Shown: in pieces, positions 51,733 through 64,000 of the stretch
How positions within the stretch are numbered: position 1 is the stretch's first letter
Layout: each line of letters starts with the position of its first letter
NCBI RefSeq assembly: GCF_036321535.1
Contig: NC_087436.1
Coordinates: 62,498,001-62,562,000 of the forward strand
Direction of reading: 5' to 3'
DNA: 64,000 nt
From: Camelus dromedarius
Lineage: Eukaryota
The notes under the pieces: model-generated
Seen by the model: only the letters and a program-made list of their open reading frames with translations
What the model was told of the DNA's origin: nothing
Databases searched by the model: none
Made by a program: the position numbers and the translations under genes

Positions 51733-52541
51733 TGTCGGCAGATTCTAAGATGGGACCCAAGCTCTCCACTCTCTGGTGTCCTCTCTCCAGTTGATCCTCC
51801 AACAACACTTGATTTGAACTGTATGGGTCCACTTATAGGCTGATATTTTTCAGTAAATATACAGCTGGCCCTCCGTAGCCACAGGTTCTGCATCTGAGGA
51901 TTCAACCAACCACAGATGGCAAACTTAATACAGGATCCCAGCTTGGTTGAATCTAATGATGTGGAATTTAAGGATAGAGAAGGCCAACTATGGGATTTGA
52001 GCATCTGTGGAATTTGATACCCTTGGTGAGTCCTGGAAACAATTCCCCATAAATATTAAAGGATGGTTGTAATCCCTTCCCCTTGTGTGTAGATATGAAC
52101 TGTGAATGCGATAGATGCCATTCCTATGGTAGATTACATTATATAGCAAATGTGAAGGAATTTGATAGATATAAGGCTAATCAGCTAACTTTGATTTAAT
52201 CAAATGGAAATTAGGGCCTGACCTGATCAGCTGAGCCCTTTATAAAAACTCAAAGCAGCCGAAAAGCTATCATAATGGCCTTAAAGAAGCAAGGTGTCAG
52301 GAGTTATGTAGCTGCAAGAATCTGATTCTACTTTAATGATCAGGGCTGGGTAAAGGACCGTGGGCCACAGATGAGACCCAGTGACACCTGGGTTGCAGCC
52401 TTGTCAGATCCTAAGCAGAAGACATAGCTAAGCTGTGCTCTGACTCCTATTTCACGGTAACCACAGGATAATACATGTATGCTGTTTAAAGCTGCTAATA
52501 TGTCTGTGGGTATTTGTTGCGCAACAATGAAAAATAATCCA
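51733..52541 (+). mobile_element. MaLR LTR, MLT1E-like, interrupted by a Tigger MITE
   Basis: TGTCGGCAGATTCTAAGATGG...ATCCCTTCCCTTG...CTAATCAGCTAACTTTG...GCAGCCTTGTCAGATCCTAAGCAGA...GCTGTTTAAAGCTGCTAA. Confidence 0.82.
51788..52069 (+). mobile_element. Tigger MITE (Tigger2a/MER8-like) nested in MLT1E
   Basis: CAGTTGATCCTCCAACAACAC...GGGTCCACTTATA...GGATTCAACCAACC/GGTTGAATC internal inverted repeat...GGATGGTTG|TA. Confidence 0.85.
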
Positions 52542-55500
52542 GTACATATATAATAAGGCCTTGAGTTTGATAGTGCATTCATAAATACTCCTGTTGTGAA
52601 TTTTAGTTTAACGAAATACAGGTAATTTCAGAAACCTTTCATAATATCAAGGATTATTTTCCATCCTGACATTTAACAAGAAGTTCATTAGTAGAAATTT
52701 TTTTCTTTAAGTGGCAGCTACAGATAGATCTCAAGCATACATGTTCAGCTAAAATTAATTTAAGCTATATCCTTGAATATAAAAGATGTTTTTCTATAAA
52801 CAGACTAAGAAAGAGGATTACTGTAATACATTGAAAGATAAAAGAGATTTACAGCATAGCCAATTGACGTTTAGCTGTTAATGCTAGGAATATTTTCCAA
52901 GTTGACTGTGTTTGTGAGGCAGGGGTGAAAGTGGCTTACAAAATAAAAAAGGATTCCTTTTTCAAAACACACAATTGCAGAAGGAGATCTCACAGGAGGC
53001 ACTGTAAAAGATACAGTTTTTCATAAGCATTATTTAGTTTTGCAGTAATACTTGAGAAATTCAAAAACTTTTTTCTAAAGGAGGAGTAGAAGAAACAAAA
53101 GAGGCTTCATTTTAGTTTTTTTTCATGTTATTTTCTTTTTAGAAATAGAATAACAAGCAAGAATTTCTTTTGATCGTTAATAGACAACTTGCCATGGTGC
53201 TAACAGGTATCATGACCATTTAATAAAGTTAGCAACATAGGATGACACAAAGGAATATACCTAACAACATTTAGCATCTTTGCATGAAAAGAGTCATGGT
53301 CATAGAAATGGCAAGTATTCAGAAGACCAATTACAGAAGAAATAAGGTACAGAATATATTATCTGAGAGCAGCTTAGAAGCATTCATCCCCAGTGGTAAA
53401 ATAAAGGGCAAGATACAGGCAAGGTAGTCATCACTTTTGTATAATTGGAAAACAAATAGAGGGGTCATGTTCTGTGAATACCCATTAACTATTACAAATT
53501 GTATTGGAACATTTATGAAGTGCAATGAATAACCAATGAGTTTATTATACTCATCATTACCAGAGTGAGTGCTTTAATAATACAAAGTCTATGAAATAGA
53601 GTTTTCATTTTATTTACCACAGTCTCTGTATTTGTGATGTTGTCTCAACCTTGATGAAGAGTTAGACTTTATCCATGCCCTTGCATGTAATTACCAACAT
53701 TTCAATTTTTCTATCCTTCTTCCTCATTAATACATATTCTAATATCCCAAGTGATGAACCTCTAAAATTCATCAAGAATTGTATGTTTGATTCATTCACT
53801 CAATCAAAATCGCTGAGTAGACAAAAGATAAGATAAATCCACACAGGAAACTATGAAACTTAACATCACAATCTGTTAATTTGTTTGTTAAGATTTTTTT
53901 TTCAGTAGAGATTAAACATGCACAATTCTGTACCATGTAATATTTTTTCACTAGGAATTTCAAGTCAGTCTTAAGACTGTAAGTATAGAAAGTTATACAT
54001 TTTCAGAAAAGTCCTTCTGGGCTCCACACAAGGTTTCTTTATTCTTAATGCTTTCCCTTAGTCTTAGTTCTACAAATTTCATGTGTGAATCCTTCCATAT
54101 AAAGGCAATACTTTCATACTACCCTTCAAAAACTATTATTCCTTGAAACTCACCCAGTTAATCTTTGACTGTTTTACATCAGTCCTTATGAATTGGTCCT
54201 CTCAAATATGTTCAACTTTAGGGACTATTCTGTTCTATCTGTCTTGATTCTTAAGAGTTGGTTCCCACTTGAGATAACCGTGGATATAACCATCTGCAGT
54301 TTTAGGAGAATACGTTTTCCCACCGGTTCTCTGATTCCCTTTGGATTTAGTTTATAGTTTGGTTCCCTCTGACATCTTAGTCATATTTTTATTAGGTGTC
54401 TTTGCATTCTGTTTTCCCTTTTCTGTTCTAGTAGCAATAATAATATCCCTCCTTTTCTAATAGTTTAAAATTAATCAGAAACCAGAGACTTTACTCATTT
54501 ATTTAATTTTAATTCCATTTTATCTTAAAGAAATAATTCCTTCCCTCATGTTTTGTCAGCCTACATTTCTTCAGTTTGTTATAATTCTTCTAGGGTACCT
54601 GTACTTGTAATAATTTTGAAGCATATGTATTTTGAAAGCATTTTAAAAGTAAGGCCTACAGACCAAATGTTCTGCCAAAGGCCCTTAAAATTTTCTCCTT
54701 CAACTTTAGTTGTGCTCATTCTATTTGTGTATTTTTCTACATCCACCTAAGTTCATGGCCCCCATTTATCTTTGTTTGTTTGTTTTTAATAAACTGTATC
54801 ACACCTCTTTGTGTACAGCCACAACTTGAGTCTTTGATACATGAAGTAGTAATCAGAACTGATGTGGTTAATGAGGCCAGGTCCTGACATCACTCGGTGC
54901 AAGGAGTGAGAGTTGGGAATCTGACAATAGTGCAGCCCATTCAGTCTGCCTACCTTACCCCATCTCTGTAGCTTCAAGTCCTGGTCCATAATCTAAATAC
55001 TTAAACATTAAAACTGACCAAAAAAGGAAAACAAACGTTTTCCTCATCTAGTGCATGCAGTGGTTCTCCTCTGTTCATGTTTTTACCTAAGTTGGCCTAA
55101 TAACTTACCTAGCATGGCAGCCTACGTGTCACCGTTAAGGTCTAGCATGGTCCATCTATTATTTGTGCGGTGTAGCCTGCCTCTTGTTTGCTAAGATCCA
55201 GTCCTGTAGCCTGCCTGTGTAAGCTGCGTAGGGCTCCATGCTCAGAAATTGCCTTTTTTTTGCCTTTTGCTACAGTTAACTTCCAAGGTCACAATTCTGT
55301 GTGACTGAGTTTTAAAGTCATCCAGATCCCATCAGTTAAAAATAAATGTTTAACTATAAAAACAAGCAAAAACAGCAAAAGAGAAGTTATTATGATCTAT
55401 AACGTGCTAATCTGACACGTTCAAGAAAGGCCAATACTCATGTTTGCTGCAGTTAAATCTTACAGCCACCACTTCTGGCTGCTTTAGGTCTACCTGTCAC

Positions 55501-56714
55501 TCCTTGTACATTGCCGCACTTAGTCTCAGCCCCTGTCTGCTCATGTTCCGAGCCAAATGTACTTGGACATTAAAGGGACCCGGTAAATAGGGCCCTTCTA
55601 TTTCATTGATATTTGGAAATACTGAAAGAGAAGAATCAAATTTTCAGAGATTAAAATATCAACTTTATTACTGATAAAGTAAAATGGGAAAACTTGGCCA
55701 ATTTTGGTCCAGTGTCCTGTTATCACCCCCCCAGCTGAAATACCCCCACAGGCTGCAGGCTTCCTACACAGATCTTGCCCCACTAGGCCTAGGACACAAC
55801 TGAAAGAAGACAAGACTGCCAAACTAAAAGTTGGTAGGATTATCAACAGCTACCCCTTTCCCCACTAAAGAGAAAAAAGAGGAGCAGAGATACATATGCC
55901 CTATTGCTTTTCCCAAACATACCAATCAAATAACTCAGCCCTCCTCCCTTGAGGAAGAGTGAATGAAAGATGTGTCTATAAAGTACGAACTCTACTCATA
56001 CAATTTTCTGAAGGCAAGGAGAAAGGAGGTTCTTGTACTGAGGAGGGGGGACTGTTTTAGGACAGGTAATATAACTTACTAATACACACCTCCTGTCTAT
56101 CTGAGAGAGGGATTTAGGGTTGAATGTTGTTGAAGAAATCCAAAAGCCCTTCTCTACGAGAACTTATCCAAAGGATAATTTAGAAACACAAATTTTAGAG
56201 TAAAGACTAAATATTTAATGTACATATGAGAAAATTGAGACTAAAAGTAAATCAATGATTTTATATGTGAAGTAATAGGAATTTAAGGCTAAACTCAGTT
56301 TTATTTTTAGATTCAAAAACTTATATACCTTTTTTTTCTATTTAACAATTTTTAAAGATATGACTTTTACTTTGCTACTATAATTTAATTTATACTCAGA
56401 CTATAAATTCAAGTTTCTTCCTGATGTGCCATTTGATTTTGAACAGTGACATCTACATGTACAGTGTAATGTCCACGATGGCGCATTACACACATTATTC
56501 TCACATTCTCTATTTCTCTTTTAAGAAAATAGAAATATGTTCTACTGGGTACCTAGGAGTATTCCTCTTTCACTTCAGTACTTTCCCAAGATTACACTGT
56601 CCTGACTGAACAGGAGTCGTTAAGCTCACCTGGAGTCTGATGCCACCAAAACAAGCCAAGGACTAATTAGGCAGGAATTTAAGGCTAAAGTGTCCCATTT
56701 TGCCCACATTTGTT

Positions 56715-57170
56715 ACCATGTGTTCCAGATGTTTTCCATATTTACTCTCCACATTTCTCCACTCTGCTCTCTGACCTGGGACAGTGACCCACAAGGATTA
56801 CATAAACAAGTACCCTGCCTTCTGGCTTCAGGTTAGGGTAGGCCAGTGGTGAGCCCAGGCAGAGATGGAAGGAGAGAGGAAGGTGAGCTCAGGGTGACTA
56901 ATTGTTGCCCTGGTTCCCACACTGAAGGGGTGCCGGCGTGTCTCTCCCCTGAAGGTTACTGCTCCTCTCAAGGCTCTTTTCTCTACAGGACACTCTCCTT
57001 CCAGTTTCTAGGAACCATCACTCTATTGTTCCCTGCCCTAGATTACTGTACCATTTTTTGTGGTTCCCTTAGACCCAACCACACTTTCCTAAATAGTTCC
57101 TTTTTAAATGCACCTAGAATTGTCCTCATTTTAATGTGACATCCGTTTTATAGAGGCACCCAGAAATGTA
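56715..57170 (+). mobile_element. ERVL LTR, LTR33-like
   Basis: CTCTGCTCTCTG...CCCTGCCTTCTGGCTTCAGGTTAGGGTAGGCCAGTGG...CAGAGATGGAAGGAGAGAGG...CACACTTTCCTAAATAGTTCCTT. Confidence 0.8.
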
Positions 57171-59439
57171 TACCCTAGCGGGAAGGTCTTTCTAAAAGCC
57201 AGAGTATTTTCTTGTTTTAGGAAATGAAACAGATGTAGTGGCAAGTTGCTAGGGAAAAACCCTTAGCTATTTTATTTAGATCAGTTGCATTTCTATAAAG
57301 GTAACTTTTAGCATGCTCATACAGTCTTACTGTTCCCTTAGTTATTGAATCTCTTCTCATGGATAAGCCTTTAAAGAACTCCAGGGGGGAATGTTTCCTC
57401 ATTCATCTCCATACCTGCCAAATGAAAGGCCTTTTCCTGAGAGCATTATGACTATGTAAGAGATGTTGTCTGATCAATATATTTCTACTTAAGGATGCCA
57501 GATCCCTAAAGTGATGATCTTCCAGACTATACAATATTAAAATCCATTCCGGAGCCCTTGTGCCATTTAAAATAAGAAAATAATCTACAAAACAACTTAA
57601 TTCAAAATGAAGATCAAAAAAAAAGGAAAGAAAAGAAAAGAAAGAAAAACATGCTGAATTAGTCGACCAGTAAAAGGCAATCACACTTCTCTCCTGAAAA
57701 GTAAAATCGAATTGCACTTAGTACTCACAGTCTCCTGATAGTCTCCTAGTACTCACAGACTATGCCATTTTAAAATTTTGTAGCTTCCCACAGAAGAGTA
57801 CCAAAGCACACACCAGGAAAACATTGAAAAAAATAATGTTTTAAAAGTGAAATAACTAAATGCAGCATAATTTTTTTATGTCTACTAGCAGTTTTCCTCT
57901 TCTCTTTTTCTTTTTTTAACCAAATAAATTCTCTTGAGGGAGCATTTGTAGCAGATATGCATTTTGAAATACAAATGAAATAATAAACTCTTTACACAGA
58001 GGTCTTCCCATTGTGCACACATGCGTGCAACCTGTCTTCTTACGCTCCTTAATTTGTTCTGCCCTCCTTAGGAAACTTCTAATAAAAACTATTAGAAGCA
58101 TTCATGCTCTTCCTTTAAATCTCATCCTCTCTAGATTATTAAAAATATATTAGATTAAGTTGTGAACAAACATCGTCTTTCCTGAGCTTCTTTTCAGAGC
58201 AGAATATTGCTCTAAAGTACTAAGAAAATAAAACAATAATGCTGGTATGCTTTTGTCCCTCTAAAAATCTGGTTTCAGCCCAGAGCCCTTGATAGCAAGA
58301 TACTAGCGAAAACTGTCCTGGGAAAAGCAACCTACAAACATCAGTTTAAAGACACAGTCTTTGGCCTTATGTTTTTTCCTTGTTGGGCAGCAAAACATCA
58401 AAGGACATGAAGAAGGCCTTTTGTGAAACTCGGGTTAAAAATAATGGTGATGGATGTTTCTCTCTTCTTTTGAAAATTCATTAAATAATTATAGGTGTCT
58501 AATTATTAAAAAAAAACTAGAACAAAAATAAGAAAATATTATGTACATATGAGCCAACAGTTTCAAATGGATTATTAATGAAATAAATTTAAAACCATCT
58601 GGTTTTCTAGTCTTGATTAAATTACAGTGTAATCTGTATGAATGGATCAGCTGCAGAACATACGAAACTGTTACATATAAATGAGTCACATATCATAATT
58701 GTCTACATATTTAAAGTGAGAACTTTATGTACCAAACCACTAGAAAACATACAGATAATCAGATAATTTCTCCCTTGGTTCTTCAGATTATCTTTAGGAA
58801 TATCCCATCACATGACTTTTGTAGAAATCTGTTGGCTTTTATATTCTCATGATCAAATACTTGTTAATACATTTTTAATTTCTACTGTTTACTCAGTGAA
58901 AGACAAAGACAAAATCATGAGTTAAAGACCTGACTCTCAAATAACTTGTAAACCTACTGAGGAAGAATATTACTGACATGGAACACCAGTCAACATGGCA
59001 AAACAATTCCAAAACACATCCTAGGAATTTGGTAGTGATTAATGCCCTATATAATTTACAGAGTTAAATGATCATTCATGCACAGAATGTAATAAAGTGT
59101 GTGTGCAGAGGTGCCATTTTCTGTGCCAGCTTCATTTCCTTGAAGCTACACAGGTATGGCTCTGGACAAAAGTCTAGGTTTATTTATTTATTTTTAATTT
59201 TAATGTCAACCTCTAGAAAGCATGTAGCAAATTATAGGTGTCCAATCAATATTTATTAAATGAAAAAATAAGAAAGTGTGAATCCTTCTGAACGGAGAAG
59301 ACATTCCCCCATCCATCAAAGCGCTCTGAGTTCTGCAGGCATCTGGGGTTATGTTTCCTGGTTGCCATGGTTGCTTATTGCTTCAGCTGCAATATTGTTA
59401 ACACTTTAAGCATTAATAGTAATAGTGTTTGTTTTACAG

Positions 59440-59487
59440 CGGCTATAGATCTCCCTTGTCAGAAGCCGCCAGCATGTCCCTGGAAGA
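59440..59487 (+). other. Candidate 48-nt exon with Kozak-like ATG (alternative donor after 59659)
   Basis: Acceptor GTGTTTGTTTTACAG|C, GCCGCCAGCATG (ATG 59474), donor GA|GTGAGC. Open frame GYRSPLSEAASMSLE. Gene not recognised. Confidence 0.35.
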
Positions 59488-59656
59488 GTGAGCATTGAGA
59501 GTGCTGCCCAGAGAAACAGTCCCATGAAGGATGTTCTGCCTGACATTCTGCTTCTGTCTGTGCTCCAGGAAGTGTGTTTCTGCTTTATCTTTCCTGAAGC
59601 ACCTCCCCATCTACTCTGCCTCTTGTTTGGCTTGTTTTCCTTCCTGGACCAGTGTC

Positions 59657-60450
59657 TAGGTATGACTCAATCAATTATATATTTATTCATTTCGTAACCC
59701 TGTTCAGGTCCGGGAATCCTACCTTTTGAATCCTCTCTCTTGTCCCCTGCTTGGTGCCATGTATTGAACCATTGTTGACTATCTCTCCTTTTTCTTTTCT
59801 TTACCTTAATAATTGGCTATGTTTTAAACTGACTTTACAGAACTATTTTTAGTCTGGGCTGCCTCTTCAGTATTTTTCTGTGGATTCCAAACATGCCTCA
59901 AGCAAGTCCTTAGCTGGATTAAAACTCCCCATAATCATAACAAACAGATAAGTGTGAGGGGAAAGAAACAGACAAAAGATCTCTAACTTAATTTAAATGT
60001 AGAAATCCCAGAAAATGCCAGCCTTCTCATTTTTTCCTCTTGCCATCACTATCATCTACTCAATAGCAAAGTGATTCCCTGTAAATACTCATGTTAGAAA
60101 CTATAGGTATAAATGTGCACCTGCTAATGACCTACAATATAAATGTTTTATATTATTTTTCTTACTTTTTAAAAATGTTGGGACTTTTGTACATCACCTA
60201 CTTTCACTAAACATCTCTTTCCTCAGATGTTAAATGCGTCAGCATCAAAACCTGCATCATGAGTATCAGTGGCTTACAAGGGAATCCCAGAGAGAGCAAA
60301 GGACACTCCTTTGAGAAACACTAGGGTGGTGACAGCATCAAACAGAATACTATGTCAGAAAACATGAGCAGTGATGACGGCATCAAACATTGAATCAGAA
60401 CTCAGATGAAAATATATTTTAGGTATGACTCAATCAATTATATATTTATT
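59657..60450. repeat. Exact 31-bp direct repeat, copies 763 bp apart
   Basis: TAGGTATGACTCAATCAATTATATATTTATT at 59657-59687 and 60420-60450. Confidence 0.95.
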
Positions 60451-60558
60451 TATTTTTATTGTATATTCAATAATGATATCTGCTTGAAATCTAGATCTAC
60501 ATGTCTAAAAGAGTTCATAAAAATAAAGTGAAAATTATGTAATTATCATTGATTGATT

Positions 60559-61036
60559 GGTTTTTTTTAATTGAAGTAAAGTCAGTTACAGTGAGTCAAG
60601 TTCTGGTGTACAGCACAGTGTCCCAGTCATGCATATACACACATATATTCATTTTCATATTTTTTTATTAAAGGTTATTACAAGATACTGAATATACAGA
60701 AGGAACTCGGATTTTTTTGAATCTTTTTTTATATATAGTGGCTAACATTTGCAAATCTCAAACTCCCCATTTATCCCTTCCCACCCCCTTTCTCTGGGTA
60801 ACCAGAAAATTGTTTACTATGTCTGTGAGTCTGTTTCTGTTTTGTAGATGAGTTCATTAGTGTCCTCTTTTTTTCTTTTTCTTTTTTTCAGATTCCACAT
60901 ATGAGTGATATCATACAGTGTTTTTCTTTTTCTTTCTGGGTTACTTCACTTAGAATGACAACCTCTACGTCCATCTGTGTTGCTGCAAATGTCATTATTT
61001 TATTCTTTTTTATGACTGAGTACTATTCCATTGTAC
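60559..61036 (-). mobile_element. 5'-truncated L1 3' end (camelid type)
   Basis: Homologous to 23320-23790, with TSD ATCATTGATTGATT (60545-60558)/ATCACTGATTGATT (61037-61050). Confidence 0.92.
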
Positions 61037-61199
61037 ATCACTGATTGATTTATATTATATGTAATATATATTATATATGTATTTAAATGGGATATTATAC
61101 ACATAATATACATATTATAATTAATTTATAAATATATGTATATCTTATACATGCAAATATTTATAAAATATATAACTGTCTCTCTTCCCTTAGAGGATA

Positions 61200-63320
61200 G
61201 CTTCTCATCTTTACAGAATATCATCTAACCTGGAGCATCAGTGGCACCTTAATGAGGTCACCCCATACACTGTCACACTAGAAGGCCTGCAGCTTCTGAA
61301 TGGTAAGTTGTGCACGAGGATCATTGGATCCCTTGCCATACCTTTTTGTCTTTTAGTGGGGGTGTTCCTTAGTTCAGTCAGATGTTACACAAGATCCCAT
61401 GTTAGTGTATCGCACACCAACACGGATTGTGATGCTGGCTGAGACTCAAGGCTAAATATAAATTCACTTTCAAAATATATGTCATTCCTATTTATGATTA
61501 ATTGCTGTCTTTTCCAGGTTGGAAATTCTCCAACACTTACTTGCCACCAAGTGGCTTATTGGTCTACATGAAGCGTAGTGTCATACGAAGTTCTCAACTT
61601 TTGTATCTGTTGGTGGCATGTTAGACAGTGTACACTTGCTATAAAAATACGGGTTCCTTCCTTCTGAGGATCTGGGATCTTCTTTCTTCAGTGGGATTTC
61701 AATCTAAATCCAAATCTAAAACTGCCTCAAATCCAGAGATCAAGTCAGGGATTGTGACTTTTTACTGGGGTCATCGTGTCAATTTTCTGATCATCTAATC
61801 CTTGTTTGTTTTGATATTATGTATTGACTAATTTCCGTATTTTCTGCTCATCTCTTTTGCCACTATGATGAATATGTTCTTTATGATTCTCACCGTTATC
61901 TACAGATCAAGCTCTCCTAGCTGCCAGGCCCTCCTCCCTACCCATTATGATAACCATTCCCACCTTTTTCTGACACTTACTCTGCTATTTGGCTTCTGTT
62001 ACATCATGGTTCTAACATCACCATTGTTCTCAGAGAACTCAGTTCAGTTACAGCTTTCCCTACCATCAGCCTGACCTACAAAAGTGTAACTGACACTGAG
62101 CTTCACAAAGATACTCACGATATGACTCTCACCAGCATATGTTTTATCACTTTACCAACTGGGGTGTCTTCTGGGCTCCTTTCTGGAGCCTAATCAGTTG
62201 ACGGTTTTTCTAGTCTCGCAAAGTATAGCTGCTCTAACATGCTTGCCTCTCTAAAACTTCTGGCCCCTTTCCCCACTGACTGTCAAGGTAATCAGCAGTG
62301 TATCTTCTGCACTTAACACAGGTCATTGCTTTCCCAAGATTCCAACAGTCCTTTTGGCAGTGTTAGCATCCCAAGGTCTTTTCCAGGGTGTTAAATCCTA
62401 CATACTAGAAGAATACTCCCAAATCAATAAGGTTTCCCTTTTGCATCCTTATTTTTCACCTACCTTATGATAGCTCCTTTGGAATCTAGTATAATATACC
62501 TTTAGAGCTTATTTAAAAACATGGGGACTAGGTTCTACAGCTCCTTTGAAACATAGATCCTCTCCTCCCTCAGTGGCCCAGCATCTCCCTAGTTTCGTTA
62601 AATCATAATATGACCATAGTTAACAGTCTCGTGATCAGGAGAGGAAGTGGGGTTAGATCCTGAAGTCTTTGCATCCTCTCCAAGCAAGGGAGGAATGCTG
62701 GCCTCTTCTTAAGAAAAGAGAGGGAGCTACCTCTGCATATTTAGTAGGCCCAGGGAGATAATGGAGTTTCAAGGTTTCCAAGAACACCACGTCAGATGTC
62801 CATATCTCAGTCTGAGTGTCAGTGTCCCACTTCTCAACCTGACCTTGGCAGAGCAGACTTGTCAGGGTAGAGAAATCATCTTTCTCTGGAGCACTGCTCC
62901 TCCTATGATCTTCCTCTGACTGTAGGAGATAAATATCCCTTCTGTGTTGCCAAGAAGTCGCTTTGACTTTTAGCCAATATTGCTAAAGCAGGTATAACTG
63001 ATAATTAATCACCCTCAGCCTTTCATTTTCTTTCTCCAGAGCATCAGTGGCACTCAACATAACTGTCTGATTCCATTGTTCTTGTAATTAGAATGTCCTA
63101 CATTTCTCGAAGCCCTGAGATACTGCAACCACCAATACAATATATTTTGCTGGTGTCCTGTGTTCATTTTCCACATTTGTTAATGTTATAACAGACGTAC
63201 TTACACAGCATGCCAGGGGTTACTAGGGCTCCACCTGCTACCAGTGGTGAGGTCCTGATTGCCAGCCAGTCTTGAAAATATTCTTAGAGATTGATTCATC
63301 AGATAATTCTTGGCACCAAA
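61200..63320 (-). mobile_element. ERVL-class internal remnant (gag plus integrase) attached to an LTR16-like LTR
   Basis: Minus strand starts TTTGGTGCCAAGAA (PBS-like) directly after the LTR. Gag-like DALEKENERLRVINY at 63001-63045 and integrase-like ATWWQVSVGEFPTWKRQQ at 61502-61555. Confidence 0.8.
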
Positions 63321-63760
63321 TATATTAGTTCAAGTTCCTTGGAAAAACAGACTTTGAGATGGAGATGTGCATGCAGGACTATTGTAGGGAGGAGTAGTGT
63401 TGGGGATTGCCCTTAGCCTAAATGCTTAGTGTAAAGTAAAGAAATAGGATTGGGCAGAGGGAGGACTTGAACTGTGATACAGTCACAAAGTTCTTAGCCA
63501 GTCCTATGGAGAGTTGGGATGTCCCTTTGTATTGACCCTGAGGCGAATTTGTCACTGTCATTACGACTTCCATTGTTGCTTCCAAGAACCATCCTAGTTT
63601 CCTAGCACCGGTCTTTAGATGTGAGCTCTCCTGGAGGTGAGGGCATAATCTGACAATTGGGTTCTCTTAGCCTGAGAGTTATGTTTCCAGAGGCGCTCAG
63701 CTGGGGGCCGTCTGCCACTAAACATAGGGCAGGTGGGTAACGTAGGGCTCAGTCCGATAA
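63321..63760 (-). mobile_element. ERVL 5' LTR, LTR16-like
   Basis: TATATTAGTTCAAGTTCCTTGGAAAAACAGACTTTGAGATGGAGA...AGGATTGGGCAGAGGGAGG...GAACTGTGATACAGT. Confidence 0.78.
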
Positions 63761-64000
63761 ACTCCCTAAGACTTTATTTTTTCCCCATCTCCCTTCTCCT
63801 TGGTGTTTACCTGGTTTGTTAATTCAATGCAGTCCTTAGCGTTACCTCTACCTCCCAAGTGACTTTTCACTTGCCACCAGTAATAATGACCCAGCTGCAA
63901 TGACTCACATACCCATCCCCTCTTCCCTTGCTCCTGGATGGCAGGGTGCTGTTGCAGCATATGTAAAATGATGCGGACCTGTCCTGGCGCAGATTCATGC

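Noticed and set aside
63766..63960. Minus ORF containing WWQV as a second integrase remnant or an exon
   Set aside because: Residues around the motif do not match ERVL integrase and the region is cut off by the window end.
1..64000. CRISPR array or prokaryotic defence/operon system
   Set aside because: The sequence is mammalian. No repeat-spacer array is present, and the short direct repeats are contiguous tandem duplications.

Overview
Mammalian, AT-rich, CpG-depleted non-coding DNA, most likely from a camelid: it carries two tRNA-derived SINEs matching my recollection of the camelid Vic-1 family, plus cetartiodactyl-type L1 3' ends. I cannot support any intact protein-coding gene, RNA gene or CRISPR array. 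The listed ORFs I could place are decayed L1 pieces or run through other repeats; the rest look like chance ORFs. The window contains four ERV1-type solo LTRs, several MaLR/ERVL LTRs, decayed ERVL gag/pro/RNase H/integrase remnants, L1s of several ages, L2, MIR and DNA-transposon MITEs. The most notable signals are: (1) a 356-bp TSD-bounded element made of an L1 5' UTR start joined to the L1 3' end at an AG, which looks like a retrotransposed spliced L1 RNA; (2) two twin-primed (5'-inverted) L1 insertions with readable mechanistic scars; (3) an old local duplication of an MLT1D LTR plus unique flank, with a microsatellite in one copy only; (4) an exact 31-bp dispersed duplication carrying a splice-donor-like and an AP-1 motif; (5) a few + strand candidate exons which, with an antisense bias of younger retroelements, hint at an intron of a long + strand transcript. 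Repeat family names come from recognising consensus motifs by eye, not from a database search, and boundaries without a stated TSD are approximate. I did not find a convincing new biological system.
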